In this document: positions 8,621 through 18,147 of the stretch, piece after piece
Layout of the letters: each line of letters starts with the position of its first letter
Position numbering within the stretch: position 1 is the first letter of the stretch
Position numbers and translations under genes: made by a program
Assembly (NCBI GenBank): GCA_002352465.1
Contig: DEIN01000014.1
Span: 4,429-68,428 of the forward strand
DNA: 64,000 nt
From: Patescibacteria group bacterium UBA2773
GTDB lineage: Bacteria; Patescibacteriota; Minisyncoccia; Moranbacterales; DUUL01
Direction of reading: 5' to 3'
The notes under the pieces: model-generated
The model's database searches: none
What the model saw: only the letters and a program-made list of their open reading frames with translations
Told to the model about the DNA's origin: nothing

Positions 8621-8798
8621 CTTGATTTTTTAATATTTAAAAAATAATTTTCAATTTACAGTTTTCAATTTTCAATGAATTTTCAATGCTTTAATTTTCA
8701 ATTTTCAAACTTTTTATGCAAACACAGTTCGCATTCATTGAAAATTTACTAATTGATTATTGATTGTAAATTGTAAATTGGTTTATTGTAAATTTTCT

Positions 8799-10262
8799 CT
8801 AATAGTCTCTCAACTTCTCCATCCCTTTCATCGACCGGATTTTCTCCAACGCCTTAGCCTCAATCTGTCTAATTCGCTCTCGAGTCACTCCAAATTCATT
8901 TCCTACTTCCTCTAAAGTATGCATTACTCCATCTTCCAAACCGAACCTAATTCGCAAAATCTTTTGTTCTCGCAAAGTCAATTGTTCCAAAACTTCATTT
9001 AAATGTTTTTTTAACAAAGTTCTTGAAGCAATTTGATTTGGCGCAATCGAGTCAGTGTCTTCCACAAAATCGCTCAAAACGCTATCACTATCATCCCCAC
9101 CAATCGAAGTTTCAAGTGAAATAGTCTCTTGAGAAACTTTGATAATATGTCGCACTTTTTTCACTTCTAAGTTCATTTCAACTGCAATTTCTTCTGGCAA
9201 AGGCTCTCGTCCCAATTCCTGAACCAAACTTCTAACTACTTGAATGTATTTATTAATAGTTTCCACCATATGAACTGGAATTCTAATCGTCCTAGATTGA
9301 TCAGCAATCGCTCGAGTCACCGCTTGTCTGATCCACCAAGTAGCATAGGTCGAAAACTTATAACCTCGCCTGTAATCAAATTTTTCCACCGCCCGAAAAA
9401 GACCAATATTCCCTTCTTGAATTAAATCCAAAAAAGAAAGGCTGTGACTTCTTCCAACATATTTCTTGGCGATTGAAACCACCAATCGAAGATTAGCTTC
9501 AGTCAATCTTTGTCTTGCCATCTGGTCACCTTTTTCAGTCGCCTTAGCCAAAGAAACTTCCTCATCTTGAGTTAACAAATTCACTTTTCCGATTTCCCTC
9601 AAATACATCTGAATAGAATCAGTATCCTTGAAATCAACTGTTTCTCGAACTTGACTTCCCGCCTCAGTCTTAGCTTTAGCCAAAGCTTCGGCTTTTTCAG
9701 CAGCTTTTTGAGAATAACCTTTTTTGGCTTCAGCTTTTTTCTTTTTGGCCTCTTCCTTTTTCTTATCTTCTTTGTCTTGAATTTCTTTTTCAATTTCGGC
9801 TTTAATAACATCTTCGGAAGAAAGAATTTTAACTCCAAATTTCTCTGCTCCATCATAAAAAATTTCTAATTCTTCGATATTTTTTTCAATATCTCCCAAT
9901 TCATGCAAAATTTCATCTTCCGTCACGAAACCTCTCTGTTGCCCTCGCTTAATTAAATCTTCAATTTTTTTATTCTCAAACTTGGCCTCTCGACTTTTAG
10001 CTGGCTTTCTTTTTGAAGTTGTTTTTTTAGCTGGTTTTTCTGGTGGTTTTTCATTGGGATTTTTCTTGACTTTCGGCTCAACTGCTTTTAAAGAAATTTT
10101 CTTAACTTCTTTTTTGACCACTTTTTTCTTATTAGCGGGTTTTTCTACGCTATTTTTTTTGAATATTTTTTTAACCGCACTTTTAAAAGTCCCAGTTTTT
10201 TTGACCTCTTTCACCTTGTTAGAAACCTTGCTTGTTTTTGAACTACTAACTTTTTTCACCAT
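8799..10262 (-). CDS. rpoD: RNA polymerase sigma-70 factor RpoD with a lysine-rich N-terminal extension
   Basis: The C-terminal regions 2-4 are canonical ([41 protein letters not shown]...). The first 90 aa or so are KKxxKK-rich. Confidence 0.9.
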   Translation of the reverse strand: MVKKVSSSKTSKVSNKVKEVKKTGTFKSAVKKIFKKNSVEKPANKKKVVKKEVKKISLKAVEPKVKKNPNEKPPEKPAKKTTSKRKPAKSREAKFENKKIEDLIKRGQQRGFVTEDEILHELGDIEKNIEELEIFYDGAEKFGVKILSSEDVIKAEIEKEIQDKEDKKKEEAKKKKAEAKKGYSQKAAEKAEALAKAKTEAGSQVRETVDFKDTDSIQMYLREIGKVNLLTQDEEVSLAKATEKGDQMARQRLTEANLRLVVSIAKKYVGRSHSLSFLDLIQEGNIGLFRAVEKFDYRRGYKFSTYATWWIRQAVTRAIADQSRTIRIPVHMVETINKYIQVVRSLVQELGREPLPEEIAVEMNLEVKKVRHIIKVSQETISLETSIGGDDSDSVLSDFVEDTDSIAPNQIASRTLLKKHLNEVLEQLTLREQKILRIRFGLEDGVMHTLEEVGNEFGVTRERIRQIEAKALEKIRSMKGMEKLRDY

Positions 10263-10266
10263 ATTA

Positions 10267-12048
10267 TTATTTTAATTTTTCTAAATCTTTAGAAATTTTT
10301 GAAAATTCTTCCATCAAAATGTTCAAGCTCTCTTCGTCATTTTTTTCCTCAGCCATTTTTATATCCTTGATAATATTAGCCAAAAGTTCTTCTTTTCTGA
10401 ATACTTTTATTTTTTCACAAGTCTCCTGCCAATCAAAACCTGAATCAATCTCATTTTCTTCTAATCCCTCTTTATTATAAGTATAATTAATTTGCGCTTC
10501 TAATTGACTAATTTTAGCAGAAATTTTCTTAGTTTTTCCTTCAAAAATTTTATTCCAAATAACTTGGTGCTCTTGATCTAATAAATCAATTTCAAAACTC
10601 TTAATTTGTTTTGTCAACTGTTTCTGATACAAAACAACCAACCCCAAGAGTCTTTCTTGCAATTGAATTATTTTCGACTTTTCAGTTGTAGTTCCTTCGT
10701 CATTTTGAGTAGTTGGTCTTTTCTGGTTTACCTTATCCTCTTTTATTTTAACTCGTTCCAATACTTCAGTCAATGTATCCTCCTCGATTTCAATAGCATC
10801 TGACAGTTTTCTAATCCAATAACTCTGTTCGATCAAATCAGAAATATCCTTAATAATATTTAATAATTTATGAGCAATGATTTTTTTGCCCTTTGGGTTT
10901 TCTTTATCATTTTTGCTGATAATGGTTGAGAAAAAATAGTCCATTACTTGCCGAGAATTTTTAATCGCCTTTTTCCAAGCCGGAACATCTTTAATCACCA
11001 AATCATTAACGTCCTTAAAACCATCTGGCAATAAAATGATTTCAACATCAATGTCCTCCGCCAAACACAGCTGAACACTTTTGGTGGCCGCTTTTTGTCC
11101 CGCTTCATCCATATCAAAACAAAGCTTAAAATTCTTAGTGTATCTTTTTAGAATATTAATTTGGTCAGGCGTCAAAGCTGTTCCCGAAACTGCTACTGTA
11201 TTTTTCACTCCCGCACTAAAAGAAGAAACAACGTCCAAATTTCCCTCAACAATAATTACGTAATCTAACTTTTTTATTTCCATCTTCGCTTGGCTCAAAC
11301 CATAAATTACTCGACTCTTATCATAAATTGGAGACTGCGAAGTATTAATATATTTAGCATTTTTTTCATCGCCCCCTGGCAATACTCGCGCTGAATAACC
11401 CACCACTCGGTCTAAAACATCAATCACTGGAAACATAATCCGATTGCGAAACCGATCATAATAATCAGCTTTCAATGCCCCAGAAGTTCCATCTTTTTGC
11501 ACCATTAAGCCTGAACGAGCAATATCAACTAAATTATGATTTCGACTTAAAAGAAATTCTAACAAATTAGTCCAAGTATCTGGCGCAAAACCAATTCTGA
11601 ATTCTTTAAACTGAGCTAATTTGATAGTTCGATCTTTCAAATATTTTTTAATTGGCTCAGCTTTGACTGATTTCTCAAATTGATATTGATAAAATTTAGC
11701 TGACACTTCCAAAATTTCATACAATTTTTGTTTTTGACTTTTTTCTTCTGGATTAATTTTCTGAAATTTTGGCAAATCCACTCCCGTTCGCTCCGCCAAT
11801 CGCTCTAAGGCTTCCCGAAATTCCAGACCTTCAATCTCCATCAAAAAAGAAAAGATATCACCGCCTTTTTGACAGCCGAAACAATACCAAAAATTTCGCT
11901 CAACGTTTACCATAAAAGACGGGGTTTTTTCGTTGTGAAAAGGACATAAGGCCTTATAGTTTGTTCCAGATTTTTCCAACTTTAAATATTCTCCGATTAA
12001 CTCTGAGACATTCAATCGCTCCTTAACTTGTTCAACAGCATCCGCCAT
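10267..12048 (-). CDS. dnaG: DNA primase DnaG
   Basis: CHC2 zinc finger [13 protein letters not shown]...[11 protein letters not shown]; TOPRIM region; lies immediately upstream of rpoD. Confidence 0.9.
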   Translation of the reverse strand: MADAVEQVKERLNVSELIGEYLKLEKSGTNYKALCPFHNEKTPSFMVNVERNFWYCFGCQKGGDIFSFLMEIEGLEFREALERLAERTGVDLPKFQKINPEEKSQKQKLYEILEVSAKFYQYQFEKSVKAEPIKKYLKDRTIKLAQFKEFRIGFAPDTWTNLLEFLLSRNHNLVDIARSGLMVQKDGTSGALKADYYDRFRNRIMFPVIDVLDRVVGYSARVLPGGDEKNAKYINTSQSPIYDKSRVIYGLSQAKMEIKKLDYVIIVEGNLDVVSSFSAGVKNTVAVSGTALTPDQINILKRYTKNFKLCFDMDEAGQKAATKSVQLCLAEDIDVEIILLPDGFKDVNDLVIKDVPAWKKAIKNSRQVMDYFFSTIISKNDKENPKGKKIIAHKLLNIIKDISDLIEQSYWIRKLSDAIEIEEDTLTEVLERVKIKEDKVNQKRPTTQNDEGTTTEKSKIIQLQERLLGLVVLYQKQLTKQIKSFEIDLLDQEHQVIWNKIFEGKTKKISAKISQLEAQINYTYNKEGLEENEIDSGFDWQETCEKIKVFRKEELLANIIKDIKMAEEKNDEESLNILMEEFSKISKDLEKLK

Positions 12049-12261
12049 AATTAAAGTTATTTCTTAGAATATTTAATATAACTTATATTGAGGCTTGAAT
12101 CTAGTAAAAATAATTATCTCAATTATCCAAAGCTCAAATTGTTTCAAATTATTCAAATCAAATCTAAATGAAAAATTATTAAAATCCAAAATAATTTGGT
12201 TTTTGGTTTTGATTTTAAATTAATTTGAAATAATTTTAATTTTGACATTTTCAAACAATGT

Positions 12262-12307
12262 TTATCTGAATATTAAGCATTGAATGAATATTGGATATTG
12301 AATATTT
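12262..12307. repeat. ATTGAATATTG-type short repeat cluster
   Basis: GAATGAATATTGGATATTGAATATT directly downstream of the rmuC stop. A similar cluster lies at 56180-56262, downstream of gatB. Confidence 0.4.
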
Positions 12308-13453
12308 TTAATCCTCTTTCGGTCGTTCAATCAGCTCCCGATTAGATTCAACCGCTTTTTTATCAGCAATTCTCAAAACATCTTTATCAATTTTACCTAG
12401 TTCTTTGCTAGCGTTATTATAGTGGTTAACAGTAGTTGACAAAGAGCCTCCAACTTTACCAAAAAAATCTTCATAGCCTTTCAAATGTCGCCCCAATTTC
12501 TCCACATTTTTTTGAATATGTTTAGCCGATTCTTCAATTTGCAAAGATCGTAAACCTTGCAAAACAGTTTGCAAATAAGCCAAAAATGAAGTTGGAGAAA
12601 CAATCACCACGTGTTTTTCCTTAAAAGCATATTCAATCAAATCCCGAGAAACTGACTTGGCCATTCCAACCTTATTAATCAAAAGATCATAATAAATTGA
12701 TTCAGACGGAATAAACATAAAAGCAAAATCAGTTGTTTTTTCTTTAGGTCGAATATATTTTGAAGTTTCATCAATTCGATTTTTTAAATCTTGTTTAAAC
12801 TCTCTCCCAATTTTCTCTCGATCTTCCTTTCTACATTTCAAAAGCTGTTCATATTTTTCCAAAGAAAATTTAGAATCAACTGGAATCACTTTATCCTTAA
12901 CAAAAATCGCCGCATCCACCGCTTCCCCATTTTTGAACCGATATTGCATTTGGAAATTATGCGGAGGCAAAACATTTTTCAAAGTTTCTTCCAAAAAATA
13001 TTCCCCCAAGACCCCTCGCTGTTTCGGATTTCTCAAAATATCTTGCAAATCTTTGAGTTGTGAAGAAAAATTAACCACCTGCTTGTTGGTTTCATCCAAT
13101 TTCGTCAACTTCTCCGTTACTTCTCGAATCGACTGATTGGAATGTTTAGCCATTTCATTGAATTGAGTATTGATTTGCTCAAATAAACTTCGGCTTTCTT
13201 TCGACAAACCTTTTGACATTTCTTGAAAAACTTGATTACTATCTTTCAATTGCCCTTTGGTTATTTTGTTTATTTCTGACAATTTATGGTCCATAATCTC
13301 CGACATTTGACCCATCCGTTGTTGCATCATCAACATCGATTTATCATCTGTTGAGCCTTTTCTTAAATCAGTCAGTTTCTGATTCAGCAAAAAAATCGTG
13401 CCACCAGCGAGGATTATTAGGATTAGTAGGAAGATTATTATTAAGATGTCCAT
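12308..13453 (-). CDS. rmuC: DNA recombination protein RmuC
   Basis: N-terminal TM segment, long coiled coil, and a C-terminal domain with FMFIPSESIYYDL. Confidence 0.6.
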   Translation of the reverse strand: MDILIIIFLLILIILAGGTIFLLNQKLTDLRKGSTDDKSMLMMQQRMGQMSEIMDHKLSEINKITKGQLKDSNQVFQEMSKGLSKESRSLFEQINTQFNEMAKHSNQSIREVTEKLTKLDETNKQVVNFSSQLKDLQDILRNPKQRGVLGEYFLEETLKNVLPPHNFQMQYRFKNGEAVDAAIFVKDKVIPVDSKFSLEKYEQLLKCRKEDREKIGREFKQDLKNRIDETSKYIRPKEKTTDFAFMFIPSESIYYDLLINKVGMAKSVSRDLIEYAFKEKHVVIVSPTSFLAYLQTVLQGLRSLQIEESAKHIQKNVEKLGRHLKGYEDFFGKVGGSLSTTVNHYNNASKELGKIDKDVLRIADKKAVESNRELIERPKED

Positions 13454-13469
13454 GGTTTAGAATATTAAT

Positions 13470-13586
13470 TTTGAATTTTAAATTTTAAATTTTGATTCAA
13501 TTTTGAATGACTTAATTTTAAATCTTAAATCAAGCCACTGCAATTTAATTTTAATCTGTCATTCCCGCGCAGGCGGGAATCCAGCT
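13470..13586. repeat. AT-rich repeat ending in a G+C-rich hairpin ATTCCCGC-GCAG-GCGGGAAT (copy B1)
   Basis: Perfect 8-bp stem with a 4-nt loop in AT-rich DNA, upstream of the rmuC start. A second, degenerate copy lies at 51885-52018. Confidence 0.55.
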
Positions 13587-13907
13587 AAATTTACAATTAA
13601 TTTAAAATAATTTAGTTTTTACTTTTTATATCTTTCTATTTTTTTAAATTATACCCTAAAAAAGCTGGGGTTTCAAAAATTGAACCTAGATACTATTGAC
13701 AAAAAACATTAAATATACCATGATCATATTTCAAATGAAAAAATAGTTAGTTCTTTTAAATAATTTTTTCATTTAATTCTCTAAATTTTTAGATTGTTAA
13801 CTATTGAGGATATCAACTGTTAATTAATGTGATATTTTCAATAGTCGACAACTAAAAAAATTCCTCCCAGCATTTCGCTGAAAGGAAACAGCTTTAAGGA
13901 GAAAAAA

Positions 13908-14201
13908 ATGAAAAAAGATGAAAAAAGTAAAGAAATGAAAAAAATGAAAAAAATTGAGATTGAACTCCTAATAGCCCAATTAGGAATAACGGCTTTATCG
14001 TTAGCCCTCGTGGTGCTAACGATTATTTCCTCCTGCGAATTCATTAGAATATCGCTTAACTCAGAAGTTGATTTTTCGATGAGAGACATTCTTTTCATCG
14101 GCTTCTGTCTTATTTTTGCTTTTTTGGGTATATTTTTAATAATAAATTTTTTCGCAAATATAATTGAGGCCATATTAATAAAAAAGAAATTTTCAGATTA
14201 A
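13908..14201 (+). CDS. Small membrane protein with a lysine-rich N-terminus and two TM segments
   Basis: 97 aa, with its own TTGACA-containing upstream region and a downstream terminator. Confidence 0.4.
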   Translation: MKKDEKSKEMKKMKKIEIELLIAQLGITALSLALVVLTIISSCEFIRISLNSEVDFSMRDILFIGFCLIFAFLGIFLIINFFANIIEAILIKKKFSD

Positions 14202-14213
14202 ATCTCTGAAAAT

Positions 14214-14258
14214 TTTAAAAAAAACCGACGCCAGAACTTTTGGCTGTTCGGTTTTTTA
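14214..14258 (+). terminator. Rho-independent terminator
   Basis: AAAAAAACCGACGCCAGAACTTTTGGCTGTTCGGTTTTTTATTTT. Confidence 0.6.
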
Positions 14259-14400
14259 TTTTGACTAAAAACAGCTTTGTTGAATTTTTGATTTTAAAAA
14301 AGGCTTATATTCTATTGACAATTATTTCCTTTTGTACCATAGTTATAAATTAGTAAAAATCAGCACCTTAATTTAAACTTATTTACGAAAAGGAGATTTC

Positions 14401-14616
14401 ATGAAATCAACAAAAGAAGTGAGTAAGAAAATATTTTTTAGATTAGCAGTTTCAATCTTAATAACTTTAATCTCCATCCCAATAATTTTAGAGTTGAAAC
14501 TCGATAAAATTCCGGGTTTTTTATGCGTCTTTTATTTTATTCTTTTTGTCGGACTATGGCTTTTAATAAAGTCAACAACTAAAAACCCAATCAAAGAAGA
14601 AGAAGAAGAAACTTAG
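14401..14616 (+). CDS. Small membrane protein with two TM segments
   Basis: 71 aa, RBS AAAAGGAGA, with a downstream terminator. Confidence 0.4.
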   Translation: MKSTKEVSKKIFFRLAVSILITLISIPIILELKLDKIPGFLCVFYFILFVGLWLLIKSTTKNPIKEEEEET

Positions 14617-14633
14617 TAAAACTTTCACTTTTT

Positions 14634-14677
14634 CAAAAAAACCGGCCCCAGAATTCTCTGGATCAGCCGGTTTTTTA
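14634..14677 (+). terminator. Rho-independent terminator
   Basis: AAAAAAACCGGCCCCAGAATTCTCTGGATCAGCCGGTTTTTTATTTT. Confidence 0.6.
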
Positions 14678-14730
14678 TTTTGCAAATTTTTGAATTTTAA
14701 AAATTAGAATTTGGTTCTTATTTAGAATTT

Positions 14731-14795
14731 GAGATTTTTAATTTTTAATTTGTTTGTTTCTTGTATCCTTGTATCTTGTATCTTTCAATCAAACC
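14731..14795. repeat. Repeat block with tandem CTTGTAT(C) heptamers, just downstream of the porB stop
   Basis: GAGATTTTTAATTTTTAATTTGTTTGTTTCTTGTATCCTTGTATCTTGTATCTTTC. It is about 85% identical to 15843-15900, which follows the porA stop. Confidence 0.55.
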
Positions 14796-15712
14796 TTTGC
14801 TCCCGTCTCCTCCAAATCCTCCACTCTCTCCCATTCTTCATCCACTTTTCCTTGGATATCCTTAATTAACGCTTCTTTATTTTTACTTTTAAAAATATGT
14901 TTAAATCGTCCTTGAGTTTGCATAAATTCTTCAATTTTCAACCTGCTCTTTGGCCGATAGCTAATCTTATATTTGCCGTTAATAACTTCATACAACGGCC
15001 AAAAGCAAGTCTTCGTTCCTAGTTTAGCAATTTCGATAGTCTTCTTCGGCGAATGTTGCCATTGATTAGGACATGGTGAAAAAACTAAAATAAAAGATGG
15101 TCCTTTGGTTTCAAAGGCTTTTTTGACTTTAGCTTGAAAATCATCAATAAATCCAACGTTGGCTGTTGCAACATAATCAATATGATGTCCAGCCACAATT
15201 GTTGCCAAATCTTTTCTAATTACTTCTTTCCCAAAAGATTCCTTTCCAGCTGGAGTAGTTTCAGTCGAAGCACCAAAGGGCGTTCCACCACTTCTTTGAT
15301 TACCAGTATTCATATAGGCTCCATTATCGTAGCAAACATAAAGAAAATCGTGTTTCCGCTCCAACGCTCCCGAAAGTGCTTGCAACCCAATATCATAAGT
15401 CCCTCCGTCGCCTCCGAAAGCCACAAATTTAACTGGCTTTTCAGTTTTTATTTTTCCTTTTTTCAACAAAGCTTTATAGGCCGTTTCCATTCCCGAAACG
15501 GTCGCTCCAGCATTTCCAAAAACACTATGGATATAAGGAACTTTCCAAGAAGTATTAGGATAAATAGTTGTTGTCACTTCCATGCAACCAGTGGCATTGG
15601 TCACGGCAATTGGATTGTCTGTGCCATTTAAAACTGTTCGAGCAATAATGCCAATTGGGCAACCGGCGCAAGTACCGGAAGTTGAAATTTTTTGTTTATT
15701 TTTTTTAATCAT
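14789..15712 (-). CDS. porB: Pyruvate:ferredoxin (2-oxoacid) oxidoreductase beta subunit (TPP-binding)
   Basis: CAGCPIG motif near the N-terminus and the GDGG..YDIG...N TPP-binding motif. I chose the internal ATG at 15712, because the longer ORF would translate the heptamer repeat. Confidence 0.85.
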   Translation of the reverse strand: MIKKNKQKISTSGTCAGCPIGIIARTVLNGTDNPIAVTNATGCMEVTTTIYPNTSWKVPYIHSVFGNAGATVSGMETAYKALLKKGKIKTEKPVKFVAFGGDGGTYDIGLQALSGALERKHDFLYVCYDNGAYMNTGNQRSGGTPFGASTETTPAGKESFGKEVIRKDLATIVAGHHIDYVATANVGFIDDFQAKVKKAFETKGPSFILVFSPCPNQWQHSPKKTIEIAKLGTKTCFWPLYEVINGKYKISYRPKSRLKIEEFMQTQGRFKHIFKSKNKEALIKDIQGKVDEEWERVEDLEETGAKV

Positions 15713-15842
15713 AATTAAACTATTATTAATATTAGTCTCATTCTCCGTTAAGACACAAGGAACAAGGGCACAAGAAATAAACAAACCTCAAATTAGAAAT
15801 TAAAAATATCAAACTTTGAAAAACCGTAGGTTTTTTTAATTT

Positions 15843-15900
15843 GAGTTTTTTAATTTTTAATTTGTTTGTATCTTGCATCTTGTATCTTGTGTCCTTAAAA
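15843..15900. repeat. Repeat block with tandem CTTGNAT heptamers, second copy
   Basis: GAGTTTTTTAATTTTTAATTTGTTTGTATCTTGCATCTTGTATCTTGTGTCC. Confidence 0.55.
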
Positions 15901-15928
15901 AGTTCTTCTTTTTAATAAAATTTTCTAA

Positions 15929-17059
15929 TTACATTAAAAAATAAGGACTATCTTTTTTCCCCTCAAAAATTTCTTCAATTTGCCTTTCGTAGATGTCTCT
16001 CCCTCCCAATCCATAAATCACACTTTCTAATTCGGCGCCTAACGCCTTCTGAACTTCGCTAGCCAAAACCTGCTGAGATCCAAAAGTCATATTTCGATCC
16101 ATCACCACTACTCGTTTAATTCTCTTTAAAGCTTTTTGAACTTCCCCATAAGGAAACGGTCTAAACAATCTGATTTTCAATAATCCAACTTTTTTTCCTT
16201 CCGCTCGCATTTTATCAACCACACTAGCAATCGTTCCACAAGTTGAACCCATTGCTACTATCACAGTTTCAGCATTTTCCGTTTCGCAAGCCTCAATCTG
16301 TTCATATTTTCTACCTGATAGTTCACCGAATTCTTTCGTAATTTCATTAAACTCAGCTCGAGCTTTTTCCATTGCATCATAAATTTGTTTTCGAAATTCA
16401 AAATAACTATCAGGCAAAGCAATCGCACCAAAAGTTTTAGGTTTTTCAAAATCCAAAAGATGTTGTTCTGGCTGATATTCTCCGATAAATTTATAGATCA
16501 ATCCATCGGCCAATAGTTCCAAATTCTCCACACTATGCGAAAGAATAAACCCGTCCAAATTGACTGTCGCTGGCAATAAAACTTTTTCTGCCAATTTCAA
16601 AGCAATAAAAGTATTGTCATAGGCCTCTTGAGCATTTTCGGAAAAAATTTGAATCCAACCAGTATCTCGCATCGCCATTGCATCCGAATGATCACAATGG
16701 ATATTCAAGGGTCCAGAAATCGCCCTGTTAGCTACCGCCATCACAATCGGCAATCGCATCGCCGAGGCCACTGGCAAAACTTCCATCATATACATAATTC
16801 CCTGAGAAGCTGAAGCAGTCATAGTTCTCGCTCCTGAGGCTGAAGCTCCAATACAAGCGCTCATCGCACTATGTTCTGATTCAACCTGAATCATTTCAGT
16901 ATCAGCTTTTCCGTTGGCCACTTTCCGTGCCAAATACTCCACGATTGGAGTCTGCGGAGTAATCGGATAAACCGCCATCACATCTGGATTAATTTGAGTC
17001 ATCGCTTCTCCAACTGCAAATCCGCCAGTCAACGCAACTTTTTTATTTTTATTTATCAT
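15929..17059 (-). CDS. porA: Pyruvate:ferredoxin oxidoreductase alpha subunit
   Basis: 376 aa with a typical PorA N-terminus (GGFAVGEAMTQINPDVMAVYPITPQTPIVE). Confidence 0.85.
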   Translation of the reverse strand: MINKNKKVALTGGFAVGEAMTQINPDVMAVYPITPQTPIVEYLARKVANGKADTEMIQVESEHSAMSACIGASASGARTMTASASQGIMYMMEVLPVASAMRLPIVMAVANRAISGPLNIHCDHSDAMAMRDTGWIQIFSENAQEAYDNTFIALKLAEKVLLPATVNLDGFILSHSVENLELLADGLIYKFIGEYQPEQHLLDFEKPKTFGAIALPDSYFEFRKQIYDAMEKARAEFNEITKEFGELSGRKYEQIEACETENAETVIVAMGSTCGTIASVVDKMRAEGKKVGLLKIRLFRPFPYGEVQKALKRIKRVVVMDRNMTFGSQQVLASEVQKALGAELESVIYGLGGRDIYERQIEEIFEGKKDSPYFLM

Positions 17060-17066
17060 ATTTACT

Positions 17067-17231
17067 TTATAAACTTTTTAACTTTATAAACTTACACACT
17101 TCATCAAAACTCCCTACCACTTCATCCGCCAAATCTATCACATTTAATCGAACAACATTTTCAGTAAAAGCCAAGAAATGATCCGCCATTTCTTCTCTTC
17201 TAATTTCATAGTCCGTCCAACCATCCCCCAT
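17067..17231 (-). CDS. Small acidic hypothetical protein (54 aa) between porD and porA
   Basis: An ATG at 17231 is preceded by AAGGGA. The longer track ORF (to 17354) overlaps porD in another frame. No known POR subunit corresponds to it. Confidence 0.3.
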   Translation of the reverse strand: MGDGWTDYEIRREEMADHFLAFTENVVRLNVIDLADEVVGSFDEVCKFIKLKSL

Positions 17232-17301
17232 CGCAAAAACTTTTCCCTTCAAATTAAAAGCTTCAACTTGCTTGACTTTTCCCTGAGTTTTTGACAATAA
17301 A

Positions 17302-17604
17302 TTAGTCGTCTTTTTTGACCATCTTGATGGCTTGAACAGGACAAGTTTCAGCACACAACTCGCATCCCTTACAATATCTCAAATCAACTATCGCTCTATT
17401 TTTTCCATTTACTTCTTCTATTCTGATTGCACCTTCTGGACAAAATTTTACGCACTGTCCGCAAGCAATACATTTCTCACTAACCTCTGGTTTGATTTCT
17501 GACCATTCACCAGTTGGCGGATAATTTTTTTCATCATTTTCAATTACACCACCTTGTTCTTGACCTTTGTTATTTTCATTTTTCATAAGCCACTTTAATT
17601 GCAT
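17302..17604 (-). CDS. porD: Pyruvate:ferredoxin oxidoreductase delta subunit (2x[4Fe-4S] ferredoxin)
   Basis: CIACGQCVKFCP and CKGCELCAETCP motifs. Confidence 0.8.
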   Translation of the reverse strand: MQLKWLMKNENNKGQEQGGVIENDEKNYPPTGEWSEIKPEVSEKCIACGQCVKFCPEGAIRIEEVNGKNRAIVDLRYCKGCELCAETCPVQAIKMVKKDD

Positions 17605-18133
17605 TAATATTCTGATTAGTTTTCTCCGATCCTATTTTCTCCTGATATTTATTACGAAAAACTTTAACTAAGTTTTCCAATTCAACCGCCTCTGTCACTT
17701 TCGAAAATTTTCCTAATATCACAGTATTAGGACGATTTTCACCAACTACTTCTTTTGAAATCCCCGAAGCGTCAACTACTACTAAATTTCCTTTAAAATT
17801 AATTTCTTTCAAAATTGCTTCTTTAGTTTTGCAAGTATTAATTATCAAAGAAGAATCTTCACTTAAATTTTCAAATCCTTCAAAAATTTCCAATAAAGTT
17901 TCATCCAGAACCATAAAACAGTCTGGATTAGTAATCGGCTCTCTCGTTCTAATTGGCTTGTCAAAAATTCGAACAAAAGTCTTAACTGGCGCACCACTTC
18001 GCTCTGGACCAAATTCAGGATATGCCTGAACGAATTTCCTTTCCAACAAAGCCCCTTGAGCAATTATTTCCGCAGTCGTTTTAGCTCCTTGTCCTCCCCG
18101 ACCATAAATTATTATTTCTAATATTTTCTTCAT
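17576..18133 (-). CDS. porG: Pyruvate:ferredoxin oxidoreductase gamma subunit
   Basis: N-terminus IIYGRGGQGAKTTAEIIAQGA is typical of the gamma subunit. Confidence 0.8.
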   Translation of the reverse strand: MKKILEIIIYGRGGQGAKTTAEIIAQGALLERKFVQAYPEFGPERSGAPVKTFVRIFDKPIRTREPITNPDCFMVLDETLLEIFEGFENLSEDSSLIINTCKTKEAILKEINFKGNLVVVDASGISKEVVGENRPNTVILGKFSKVTEAVELENLVKVFRNKYQEKIGSEKTNQNINAIKVAYEK

Positions 18134-18147
18134 TTTTATTCTTAATT

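Noticed and set aside
9599-10275. Opposite-strand and alternate-frame ORFs 9599-9856, 9651-9869, 9982-10275 and 9240-9425
   Set aside because: They lie inside rpoD and come from its low-complexity K/E-rich coding; they have no independent support.
13556-13586. Homology of the ATTCCC-N8-GGGAAT hairpin to the Neisseria dRS3 repeat
   Set aside because: This is only a pattern coincidence of a short palindrome. There is no supporting context such as Correia elements or Neisseria-like composition, so it is described as an analogous repeat.
15713-15784. Longer N-terminal extension of porB (start at 15784)
   Set aside because: The extra 24 codons translate the heptamer repeat block and precede the conserved CAGCP motif by an atypical distance; the internal ATG at 15712 is preferred.
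17232-17354. Track ORF 17067-17354 overlapping the porD 3' end
   Set aside because: Its 5' part overlaps porD in a different frame. Only the portion after the porD stop (ATG 17231) is plausibly independent, and that is reported at low confidence.
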